A DNA stretch of 64,000 nt, taken from NCBI GenBank assembly GCA_025201805.1, contig MU619297.1:57724-121723 (forward strand), in the 5' to 3' direction. Shown here in pieces: positions 47,991 through 59,642 of this stretch. Made by a program: the position numbers and the translations under genes. The DNA is from Parasitella parasitica NRRL 2501. Taxonomy: Eukaryota; Fungi; Mucoromycota. Position 1 is the first letter of the stretch. The number at the start of each line of letters is the position of its first letter. The notes under the pieces are model-generated. The model was not told the origin of the DNA, ran no database searches, and saw only the letters and a program-made list of their open reading frames with translations.

Positions 47991-50435
47991 TAGCCTTTTT
48001 ATGGTTTCTGAAAACAAAAAAAAGGTCAAGTAAATGATAAAGATCATAGTAATTGTAATAATAAATGTAAGGGTTTCTGGTAACAAACTTTTTATTTCTG
48101 ATAAAACCTAAGAAGTCTCTGGGAAAAGAGAAATGTCTCCCTAAGAAGATTTCAAGTGGGGATTTTCATATTTACATTGCTTTATTTTGTTCATAGTAAA
48201 ATTAAAAAGAGAATATGTTGTAAAATAAGCTATCTTTAAGTTCAAGGTAGTCTTTTAAAAAAGATTACGTTGTCTATTGACAAACATCTGTAATTCTGGG
48301 TATACGTGTATCTGTTGAATTCGGATCAAAAACCTTTAATTGTATTCAGGAGCAGAGAACAAGGTTGAAGATAAATACATTTATGTCCTTGGTATTTCAT
48401 GAATTTTTATACAGATAATTTTTTATGAATGGGTGTGTCATCCTGGTGGCAGATTGTTCCCTTTTCTCTGGCACTTTCATGTACCTTAAATTGATCTGGC
48501 GTCTTCTAGTGTAGAAGGTCTTGTCAGACGAGTACCAAGCTGGGCTCTCTATATCAAGTTGCGCAGTAGAACAGCTATTCAAATCTGTGCCGTCTTTTTT
48601 ATAATATTGGAATGGTTCAAAAGTGCGTTTCTTTGTAAAGTTAGCTACGTAGATTTTAGGCGCCTGACTTTTTTATATTTTTTTTTTGTTCTACACGAAC
48701 TTCAGTACGTTATTGTCAGAAAAAAAAGACAAAAACTACAAGAAAACAATGTTTAGCAACCTCGAACACAAAAACGAGTAATGCAAAGTAATGCAATAGG
48801 CTATAAGGCGCCTTTTGATTACATATTTGCATAGCTTAGACCAAGTTTTTGTACTGTTTAAGTTGACATCAGATGGAGGTAACGCCTTTTTTGAAAAAGT
48901 ATTTTTCAAAATCGGAGCGTGAGATCTTCAGGCCAGGTGGAAACATGCAAGTACTACCATTAGAAAGCCAAGAAGTGCAATATTTAAATAAACTAAATTG
49001 CTATTGTTTTTCTCTTGAATTGGGTAAGCTATGACTTCCTAAAGCTAATGCTTTTGTCAAAAAAACACCATTTTTCTTTCATAGCGGAGATTAAACGTGT
49101 CCAAAATCAGAAAGTAAAAATTCTTTCAGAAACTTCATTTGTACATTTGGAAAACAAAATTACTTCTTTAAGGCAAGATATCATCTTCTGATACTATGCA
49201 TACCCCGGCTGTCAGTCTATGATAATAGCTGTATTTTTGGACGTTCTACACGATGGCATTATTTCATAATTCTCGTATGCTTATGGAAGGAATTATGTTG
49301 ATAAAACCTCAAAACAGATCAAGAGGGAAAAGTCAATATTTTGCTTAATCAGAGCGCATTTCCAGTCTTTCAGATCAAGGAATCGTCTTTTGCGATTATT
49401 TTCCTCTAATATATGCTATAGTAAAAAGTTGCATTTTTGAGGTCAAAATTGAGGATAATGCATAATCAATGATTTTGGATGTGTGGATACAAGGAAAAAA
49501 TCGAAAAAATCCGTGATTTTGCACCGAAAAAAAAATCATACCCAAATTGCACCAAAATCATATATAATATAGTTTTTTACCAGTGGATACTATTTTTCGT
49601 GTTTTCAGGGCACTTTTGATAATAAAAATTAACCAAAAAATGGCTCACGAAGTTTAAGTTCTTGCTTTTAAGCTGTAAAAATATCTTTTTGGAGGTGATA
49701 TCACGTCAATATCAATTCTACAGTTCTATAAAGTAAGTATTTTTGATGCCACAAGTATACCATTCTTCACGGTAATATGATAAAACAAATGTGAATCAGA
49801 AGAGGATAATTCACGAATACAATATTTTGCTGTAATGACCCCTTGTTATTAGTGATAAAGAAGCTCTATTATCATTGCTACTGATAGTAATGCCTAAGGT
49901 CAGCTCAAGAGTCCCTTTTTCGTGATTATAATACTGAACGTGTAAAATAGAAAATAGAATAGAGAGTTGAGGTTGAGGGTAATTCTACTAACAAAAGTTA
50001 AACTTCATAATAATCTTCTGGTAGATTCCAGGTTCCAAGCACTGTACTGTAAAGTATCAAATCCTGAATGGCTATACCAAACACATTTTTTGTACACCAA
50101 CCCGTCCGTTATAACGAGTCCCGACTGCATCTTCTTTCTTTGATACTGGATATGCTGACTTAAGTCAATAGATGTATCGATAACATAAGATGCTAATGCG
50201 AAGTCATAAAAATAGAGATTGCCATTTGCTTGAATATGCTATGATTTTTGAAAAGATATAAAATTAAAAGAGAAAAAAAAAAAAAAAATGAAATGGTTGG
50301 TTTCTTCTCCATACTTCAAATTTTCTTAGGGAAACATTTCTCTTCTCTCAGAAACTTCTCAAGAAATAAAAGGTTTATTATCATGACATTTATCATTTAC
50401 TTGAACTTTTTTTTTCACAAACCATAAAAAGACTG
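47991..50435. mobile_element. Non-autonomous TA-flanked TIR element with ~150-bp diverged inverted repeats
   Basis: 47989-48160 (TA|TAGCCTTTTTATGGTTT...CAAGTAAATGATAAA...GAGAAATGTCTCCCTAAGAA) is an imperfect reverse complement of 50310-50437 (...AAACCATAAAAAGACTG|TA). Confidence 0.65.
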
Positions 50436-50862
50436 TACCTTTGGCTTGCACCCCCAAATCCGCACCAAAAATAATTCTGAAGGATGTCCCAAAGTTGAAA
50501 ATTGAAAATTAATTAGAAGATTTAGGGTCAAAACAGAGCAAAATCTGAAAAAATGGTCAGAGGTGCATGAGTTTTAAATATGTTGTAGAATGGTACAACA
50601 AAAGAAGGTTTAACCTGAAGGTTGTGTCTCCATCGCTTGATAGTTTGTAAAGATGTCAGTGATTGCAAATTATACCTTTGACCCGGGAAAAGGGTAATAT
50701 TTTTGATTTGGTAGTATTTATTTCGTTTAAAAATGTAGACATGTAAAAATGGTATTTGAGGCCATATTATACAGTATCTCAGCTATCAATTTGTACTGAG
50801 ATATACACAAATTACCTATTAGAATCATGCTTTGCTCCTCAATTGAAAACAGGTGGTGCACT
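48143..50862 (+). repeat. ~2.7 kb non-coding interspersed repeat, copy 2
   Basis: Direct repeat of 29410-32172. Confidence 0.93.
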
Positions 50863-51307
50863 GATAAAAGCCTGTATTTACGCAGTGGTACGTTACTCAT
50901 TTAATCTTTCTGGTAACATGAATGTTTCTAATACCAAGTGGGTTCTCTTAAACTACAAACATGGCACACCTTTTCCAGTACTAGACTTTGTTAAAAACTC
51001 TCAATGTGAAGACTGGTTATCGTGCCTTTCGTCCTGTCGTGTTGCGTTGAATGATATTGCGCAGCTGAAGCTCAAGAAAACAGACACTCATAGAGACTGT
51101 ACACTTTGGGCTAGAAATGTGCGACATGGCCCGGAAAAAGTGAGGATACCCTAGCATATTTATGGCGTTGCCCATATTAACAGAGACTCAATATCTAGAC
51201 CCTGAACACCATACTTGTCAAACAGTATTTTTATTTAAATAATATGTAAATAACATGAATATCACAAAGGATTTCGAACAGTACAAATATTTTTAAATTT
51301 AATAAAA

Positions 51308-51468
51308 TAAAAGCGAACTTTCAAATGTAAAAACGAACTTTGGGTGATGCCAAAGCGAATTTGGATGATTTACAAAAACGAACTTTGACCAAACAAAAAA
51401 CGAACTTTGGGATGCGACAAAAGTGAGTGTTTAAAATTGAAAAACGAACTTTGGGGGTGGAGCCGCTG
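51308..51468 (-). mobile_element. Orphan Tc1/mariner-like end with phased subterminal repeats
   Basis: AAA(A/G)CGAACTTT at 51314, 51334, 51356, 51379, 51401, (51424) and 51445 (position of the C), then GGGGGTGGAGCCGCTG|TA. Confidence 0.65.
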
Positions 51469-52806
51469 TATTCTGATCCCTTTGCTACTCATTGCTATGT
51501 GAATGTACTTGTGAGCTGCTTTCGGTCATCATACGTTTGAATTAGTTTGCAATTAGTCCGGCTACGGCGCTATTAACACGCTTTTGTGAAGAGGCATTCA
51601 CGCAACAATGGTAGGTATTTTTCTTGGTTCAGATACAATGCATAAGCAGATAACACAAAGTATGATGAGCTTTGTGCGAAAATGGATAGCCCTATGCCTT
51701 CTTTGAGTACTAAGTTGGTCTGCTTGACGCTTTGTAAGGAAGCTTTCTATTCTGCAATACCAGAGATGTCATAATATATTTGTATCCATACTGCTTATTT
51801 ATGCTGGCACTAACCTCTTTCTCTCTCTTTTTCTTTCTTTCTTATAAAGACTTCTTTGATTCCGTTGCTACTTACTGTTGCTTGCAAACTCATTGTACGG
51901 TACATGAAATTCTTGCGAAAACAATAACTTAAACCGATCAGTAAACTGAGATGAACGGGTGCTAAATTAACACTTACTCGCACTGCAAATGACTCGAAAC
52001 GGGAGCAGCTGAGGTATCAAACCAGATAAAGTCCTTTACCTTTGTAAACCTTTATCAAACATGTTTACAGAGTCTTGGTAAATGTCTTTACTGAAAATAA
52101 AATCTATTACAGGAGTTTCAATTAAAGTAAAGTTCTGATATCTATAGAATTTGTTATGTGAGATTGCGATTTGCTTTACTCAGGCCCTCTTTGATTTAGT
52201 CAATTCGCAGATTTTCGCGATCATAAAAAAATCTAAGTGACACTTTTGAGATAGGCCACTTCATCCTTATCCTCAGCCTCTCCAAGCTCTAGTATCATAT
52301 CAAATGCTCGCACTGGTCTATCAGGCTCTTCAAATACCTCAGCATCTTAAACTGTTGTGCACACGCTTTGACTGTGGATATGTATCCTAGCAAAGACTTA
52401 TAGATAAACCTGGAAGATGATCGTGCTTATAATGTAGTTTTCAATGAAACTGTAATCATTTGAATAATTACCAAAAAAGTTGAACTATCACAAAAAAAAT
52501 TTGAATGAGCAAAAAAGTTTGATTTCTATTTTTGAATTTCAAACGCAATTCATTGTATATAAGAAGTGTTGAACGGTATAAATTAATAAAAAAAAGAGAT
52601 AGAAACATAAAACATATGAATATTATTTAAAGAAAAAGAAATATATATATAAAATATACTAGAGAACTTTTGTTTAAAAAGATACCCTGTAAAGGTATGT
52701 GTTGAACATATACAAAAGGCAGTTTCGTTGAAGAAAAGCCCAAGAACAAAGATGAAAAAAAGGAAAATATACAGAAAAAAAGATGCCAGTGAAAAAAAAA
52801 ACTCTT

Positions 52807-53985
52807 TTACTCCTGTTGAGGGACAAGGATAGAACGCAAAATAGCGCAACGACGTTCAAGCATGCCCAAGAAACCATGCATTTGTTGAGTATTCATACGG
52901 CCCAGTAGAGACTTGAAGCGTGTATCGTCAATCTCTGCCCATTCCTTTGATTGCGCAGCAACAGAAGGAGGAGTAGGTGGCATGGCAGGAGTAGCAGGAA
53001 ATAACACCGGTGTCTCATGAGCAACATGAGGGGCCTTGTTGGGACGCTGCTCATCCGAGGAATCTTGACTGACAGAGCAATGAGAACGCTTGTTATTAGT
53101 TGGAGATCCAACGAGGATACAATCTTGAGCAAAGTTACAACCATTACAAAGAACTTCACTGTTTTCGCTCTTTTTCCAGAGAGCTACATTAGTTTGGTGA
53201 CAGTTATTGCATTGCTGTTGTTGCTGTTGGTTGGAAGAAGGATGACTAAGAATAGGACGAAGCAAACTGGAAGCCATTTCAGCAGTGGGAAGAGAGACAT
53301 GGGAGGTGGGTGAATCAACGGGAGATGTCACAACGGAAGTAGTGGCCGTGATAGGAGAAGACTGCTTGGAAGTTTGCTGCTTTTGACGCACATGAAGAGG
53401 ACGATGAGTACCATATTGCTTGTAGTACAAACCACAAGCATTGCACAGAGAATGAGCTCTGTCAGGAGTACGACGCCAAAGAGGGGTTTTAGTGACATGA
53501 CAGTTATGGCATTCTAATTGACGAGGAGGTCTATAAGTTTTAGGCTTGCTAGCAGCAGTGGGAGTAGCAGCAGGAGCAACAACGCCGGTTGGGGTGGCAG
53601 CGGCAGTGTTGCTAACGGGAGTGGTGGCAGCTACAGCAACATCATTGGTACTTGAATTGTTGGTGGTAGTCGTGTTGTTATCATCCTCAAATTTAACAAA
53701 TTGATCAAAGCTTTCCAGGTTGCTTGAATCGTTTTGTTGGTACATGGCAGCAAGTGATTGAAGAACAGACATTGGGAGGTTTTGCAACACATTTGGATCA
53801 ATTGAAAGGTTGTTGTTGAATTCAGGGCTGTCGAGGGAATCATTGGATGATGCTGGAGAAGGGAAATTTGTCTCAATGACAGGTGAAATTTGCTGTTGAC
53901 TATGATCTTGCAAAAAGTTGGATAAAAGATGGTCTTTTCCAAAGATGTCCGAAGATAGAAGCAAAAAGTCGTTTGACTCAGTCAT
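52807..53985 (-). CDS. GATA zinc-finger transcription factor
   Basis: CHNC-x18-CNAC finger (TKTPLWRR...CNACGLYYK...RPL) and a second degenerate CNNC-x17-CNGC finger. Intronless, 392 aa. Confidence 0.93.
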   Translation of the reverse strand: MTESNDFLLLSSDIFGKDHLLSNFLQDHSQQQISPVIETNFPSPASSNDSLDSPEFNNNLSIDPNVLQNLPMSVLQSLAAMYQQNDSSNLESFDQFVKFEDDNNTTTTNNSSTNDVAVAATTPVSNTAAATPTGVVAPAATPTAASKPKTYRPPRQLECHNCHVTKTPLWRRTPDRAHSLCNACGLYYKQYGTHRPLHVRQKQQTSKQSSPITATTSVVTSPVDSPTSHVSLPTAEMASSLLRPILSHPSSNQQQQQQCNNCHQTNVALWKKSENSEVLCNGCNFAQDCILVGSPTNNKRSHCSVSQDSSDEQRPNKAPHVAHETPVLFPATPAMPPTPPSVAAQSKEWAEIDDTRFKSLLGRMNTQQMHGFLGMLERRCAILRSILVPQQE

Positions 53986-56667
53986 TTTTTGAGGTAGAAT
54001 GATAAAATGTCAGGATTTAAAAAGAAAAAAATATAAAATAAAAACGCTACCGGGTTGATGAGTAAACGTTTATATAAAAACAAAAAGAGGTTTTTAGTTT
54101 TAGAGGGTGTTTGGAGAAGGGGGGAGGGCTTTTTCTTGTTATTCAGTTAAACGCGTCTGCCAATCTTCTATTTGAAAATCAAATGTGTTTGTATAAGAAA
54201 AAAAAAAGAGAAAATCAAAGATAGAGTTTCGAAGTTTTTATAGTTTGCAGAACCCGGGTCTCTTTTTTTTCGGCTGAGGGGGATTGGAAGATGTGTAACA
54301 CCTGACATTAAGATGCCGCGCCCATGACTCTTATCCCCTCATATTATGGAATCCTGTACATCTATCATATAAATAAATGTTTTTATAGTATCATGTGGAT
54401 TGTTACCCAACGGATAAGCTTTTATATTCCTGCTCTAATGTCACTCTATGTTTCCAAACAGTGTTAAATATGATAACATACAACGACGATTTAAACTTTT
54501 CGCATCCCTCATGAGTCACATTTATAAAGAGGAGATGATTCGTAACCCAATTACAGCGTTTTCAAAAGTGGAAAGCTGCTGTCGAAAGACTCTCAAGGCC
54601 ATTTCACATCCATCTTATCGAGCCAATCGTAATCTTTCTGATAATCAAAGGTAGGGGAAACATCCTAACTCGTACATATCAAGTTGTACGAATCATTTAG
54701 AAGAGAAAAAGTTTGATGGTCCTATCCTCACTCGAGTTGAAACAGGAAGCAAAAAAAAATGTGTATACCTCTGTTCGATCCAAATTCAAACGAAACCAAC
54801 GTGCTAACTATACATTAATATAAATAGACAGATGGGTCATCAGTCGAGTTGGTATGGTGATAGCCCAATGTTTCGAATATTATAATCTCGGGGATGAAGT
54901 CGATTCTGTATTCGTTGTCATGGTTACAGTTACATGCACGGGCACAAAACCCTTCTTTTGTCGTTGGCTCTTTATATACAAATATGCTTGCAAATCATAA
55001 ACATAGACAGAAAACAAGTGGGCCATGTCTATATCTTAAGTAACATTTAGGTGCAATATTGCGAAAACTTGATTGCACAGTGAGCTACTGAATATAATCA
55101 AATGTAAATTGCTATATTTCATTATATCGGCACATCTTCTTCACCTATAACTTTCCCCATAGTAAAAAATAGTAATGGTATCCGTTACATTTTGAATGAC
55201 TGGCGCACATATCCTTCAACATCAACACAAAAATTTACTATAAAACATCCTTGGTACATATAAATGATGTACAAAAATAAGCAAATCATTGATGGTTACG
55301 TTTTAAAGTTTGAATCTATAAAGAAAAATAAGGCTTTTACCTAGCTGGAATCAATTGGTAAGATTGTACATACCTTGAACGACCGATTCCCGCATCAGCT
55401 AGTTGAATTGTAAGATGTACACTACATTATCTCGGACGTCGCGAAATGTATGCATTCACATAGGATTTGCTTCTTGAAATATCACAAGCTAGATCGTCAG
55501 GCACAAGCTGACATAAATAAACCTCATGTGGCGTACTATTAGTGCTCTTAAACTATAAAATATAACTGTGGGGGTATAAATAGCGTTCACATCATTGAAT
55601 AAGCGACCGAAAAGATAGAATATGGTGTATATTTTTTGTATAAATGATATCAAAGAAAGAAAAATGAAAAGAAACAAAATGGTTTTTATACACATAACCT
55701 TTGTCCCAAACCTTCTTTTTGAAATAACATGATTTTGATGATCTTTTTAGATGGGCACATCTTAGATGAGATTTACTTGCAAAGCATTGAAGTTTTTGCT
55801 CGTTTATTGGCTAACTTTGTCTGCCACTGATTCAAGGTTGATTTTTCCCATCACTTTTTTAGTGTTTTGTTTACATTTAAGGCCTTTGTGCAAAATCGCC
55901 CTGTTATTCATGTTTAGTGTACGTAGAAAAAGTATGTTTTGTACTAGGCACTTTGAATACTTGGCGATTTATAGTTTTACTTGGTTGGGGCGAATCAAGT
56001 CATGTTTTCAATCAACTATTTTGTATAAAATTTGCTGATAATAAAAAAAAATCATTCAAATGGCTCACCTTTGAAATAACTTGTATATCTAACGTCGAAA
56101 AATATGTAAGAAATTTAGTGTTCATTTCAAATCCAGGCCGAGACTCATCTTTTCTCGACTTGATTCTATGAAAGCAAGATTGAGTTTGATATAGTTACAT
56201 TTGTGGCAAAATGTTCTACGGCTATAGTGTATAGCCCCGTACTACAAATTCACAATTGTCTTGACGGTATATAATAATTAGGTGAAGAACCTATAACGGA
56301 TTTTAACATGCCTACTTTTTTTTTTCACAAGCAACAAACTGAAACTATTTCTAATCAGGCTTGTTTATATGTCGGTATCACAATGATTTGCGATATACAT
56401 AGTAGGTATGCACCAACAAACAATCTTCGCAATTTCACTCCAGACTGTCATTATGTGTAACGAAAGCAAAAGGAGTTTGTTCTCAACCAAGAGCTTATAT
56501 GTTATATACCTATCCATCCATGTTACCGTGAAATAAAGTATATTTATTCATATTGTAGTTACTATATTTATTTATATATATATACGCATAATGTTCTCTA
56601 TTATATGAACTTCCGAACTTAAATTAAAGTGGCATATTTTCGACATAAAATGTAAAAGATGTATAGT

Positions 56668-57495
56668 TTAATCATAAGAAAGATCGCAATATTTGAGCGA
56701 TGGACAGTTTTTATGCAACCAGTTTCGATGCTCGTCACCAACTAAGCGTACTTGACCTTTGCAGACTAACTTTGTTAAATTTGCACACTTGCTCAGTGCT
56801 TTTAAGGAATTGACCGTAATTGTATTAGATTGCCTTATATGACTGGGAAGTGTAACAACCAAGGTTTCGATTGAGGGACAGTGTTCGGTAATTGCCAGCA
56901 TTGCAGTGTCAGACAGATAGCTGCCGCCTTCAGAAATGAATGACCGAAGGTTTGGAGTGAAAGATACTATATAAGCAACCTGTATATCTGTCAAGAAACA
57001 ATCTATAATAGAGATTCGGTTTAATTTGAGATGCTTGTTCTGATTGATCCCCAATTGTGACGCAAACCCGGCTATAATCTCTACAGAACATTTGTTGATT
57101 TCGATTTCTTCGATTTTTTCGCATGATATCAAATGCATTATACTCCTAGATGCAGTTGCTGTGGCGTGCACGTTATGTAATTTCAAGGACCTTATAGATA
57201 TGTGTCTGGGAATCAAGATTGAATCAGGTACAAATTGAATACTATCAAATGCCAAATTTAATCCAATTACCCATTCATGATAGGGGTATATATTGTCGTC
57301 TTTATTCAGTGTATTAGCCCATGCTACCAATGCTGTAATGGAAGTGCATGTTCTTGTATGCCATAGTTGCTTACAACAGATGCTTGTGAACTTCCTAAAT
57401 GCTAATCCTAATTGAAGCTGCGATTTCTCGTCGAGATATCTAACGATATGGATCAAAACATCCAGAGGTAATCCAGCAAAGGCACTTGCAGACAT
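56668..57495 (-). CDS. F-box / leucine-rich-repeat protein
   Basis: MSASAFAGLPLDVLIHIVRYLD F-box, then cysteine-containing LRRs (LTDIQVAYIVSFTPNLRSF, LSDTAMLAITEHCPSIETL, NCPSLKY). ATG at 57495 chosen over the upstream low-complexity TTG start. Confidence 0.85.
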   Translation of the reverse strand: MSASAFAGLPLDVLIHIVRYLDEKSQLQLGLAFRKFTSICCKQLWHTRTCTSITALVAWANTLNKDDNIYPYHEWVIGLNLAFDSIQFVPDSILIPRHISIRSLKLHNVHATATASRSIMHLISCEKIEEIEINKCSVEIIAGFASQLGINQNKHLKLNRISIIDCFLTDIQVAYIVSFTPNLRSFISEGGSYLSDTAMLAITEHCPSIETLVVTLPSHIRQSNTITVNSLKALSKCANLTKLVCKGQVRLVGDEHRNWLHKNCPSLKYCDLSYD

Positions 57496-59642
57496 CGAAA
57501 TATCTTGAGCTGCAAAAATAAAGAGAGAGCGAGAAAGCGAGAGAGAGAGAAAGAAGGAGAAAAGGAAAAGAGACAATAACAAAAACAAGTATTTATTGAG
57601 CTTCAATGAGCGAAATATAAAAATGAGATAGCGTCGATTGCCTTTTTACTTGATGATGCCCGTCATTTAATTCGATATAAATATTAATTATTTGATCATG
57701 TTTCCAGATTCAACAAGGTGATAGAACTGAAAAAAGGACAAAATATTCCAACAATAACCTTTTTTTTGTTTTTTTTTTGTTTAGGATTGTTCAGTTCCAC
57801 ATGACTCAAAACCAGTACATGCCATGATACATAAGCACATCAATGTACTATCAAATATACAAATACACAGTATGTATCCATACCATCGCATACATAGAAA
57901 GCCAGATGCATTAGACAGCACATTTTGACTGAATCAAACAAACATTTCATCATCATTGGTCGAGCCTTTCATTCTTGTGAAAGCAGCTTAAAAAGGATAA
58001 AATAAAGATTGCTTCTTTATTTTGAGATATAACAATTCAAAATGCAATACAGTAGTATTATAAAACTTGATTCGGGTGTAACACTATCATGTGCCCTTTA
58101 ACATTGTTTTAGCGAGGCGAAACCTTAGGCAGTGTTTCATTTGTCCGTGAGTAGAAAATTATAACGTATTCATCAAGTACGTATAAGCTCTTCCTTTTTC
58201 TGAGTCTATTTTGTGTACTGCTTTATATCTTTAGATTGTATATTGGATTGACTTATATAATATAACCATTTCCTCTTAGGAATACATACTATGGCGTTTT
58301 CTAATGGGAATAAAACAGAAGCCCCTTTCTTAGTAGCTTTTTATGTAGCCAAAGAAACATCACTTTAATTAAATTATATTTTACATCCTATAGGGTCTTG
58401 GTTTATAGATACAATGAATAATATTCTTATTTATTACATGAAATACTGAATACTAAAGTTCAGGATCATCGAACTAATTTTGACATAATCATTATGCATT
58501 GTTCACCATGAGCTTTGAATAAACTAGGCTAAGCTTGTTTGAGCATGCCCAAGGTATGAATAAATCAATCTATAAAATGTAACTAGCGTCGATCTTTTCG
58601 AGGAAATCAATACATAGCAGTAATGAATATGCTAGTATTGACGCATCAAAATTAAAGAAAAGTCATGAGATATGTTTCTTGTAATAAGCACAGATCTTCG
58701 GGCCCATCCGATTTGTTTTTGTTGTTTGTCATATGTGATCAAAAGGTCTTGATCTCACATTTTTTTTCTTGTTTCAAAACATAATCATAAGCTTATTAAT
58801 ATATTTATATCATATTTTCATACAAAATAGAATTAGTAAAAAAGGTAGTTTTTCATGGCAAGAAATAGATTGGCATTTGAAAAGCAAAAGCTTTTTTGAT
58901 ATATTCACTAACAGAAAAAAAAAGTATGTACCAGGTAGCCCTGATAGTAGTATTATCAATCATGTATAAAACTCGAGCCACTTTGTTCTTTAAGCAAAGC
59001 TACAGGTGTTCATGTGCATTTATGTATAAAAGTTAGTGTTTTTAGCAGCCAGCTGTTTGTGTATTAGGACATGCAGTGGGAACAAGGTATGTATCATATG
59101 AGGTATAATATGCACGTCTGATCGTGTAGAAGCAGTGTCTTTAACAGAAGTCGTGGACGAAAAGTGGCTGTTACCATTATATCATTTTCGCTATTAGAAG
59201 AATGAATATTTGTCTCAGTACCAATAAGTGATCATGATAATGCTCTATTCTGTAGATCTATACAGTAATTTTGAACATTTTCATTTTAAAAGAGTGCGTT
59301 TTCGTAAATTTAAACACTTAGTTGGTATTGTCTACCAAATAAAAAACTAAATATCATATTTGATAAAAAAAAAAATAGAGTACTCATGAGATGAGTCCCT
59401 TAATCACTCGGGAGAGAGTATTTGTGATGTGTTCAGATACAATTATGCATAGATAAGTGGTTTTACAAATCGTAGAACATGTGAATAATTTTTATATACA
59501 AGTACAAAGGGTTTATTAAAAAAATAAATAAGTATAAATTGATATTCTACATAAAAGCTAAGTCATATACGAGAAAGAGAGAAAGAGAAAGAGCTAAAAG
59601 ACGTAGAAAGTAATAGTAGATAGGGTACGGGTATTGGGTTGC

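Noticed and set aside
29410-50862. The two 2.7 kb repeats as LTRs of a giant retroelement
   Set aside because: No TG...CA ends, PBS or gag/pol; the interval holds ordinary conserved genes.
51308-51455. Mini CRISPR-like repeat-spacer array
   Set aside because: ~12-bp repeats with ~10-bp linkers are too short, and they end at a CTG|TA terminus, so subterminal TE repeats fit better.
54000-56660. Short ORFs and GATA-site autoregulation upstream of the GATA TF
   Set aside because: The ORFs are AT-rich noise, and GATAA sites are expected by chance at this base composition.
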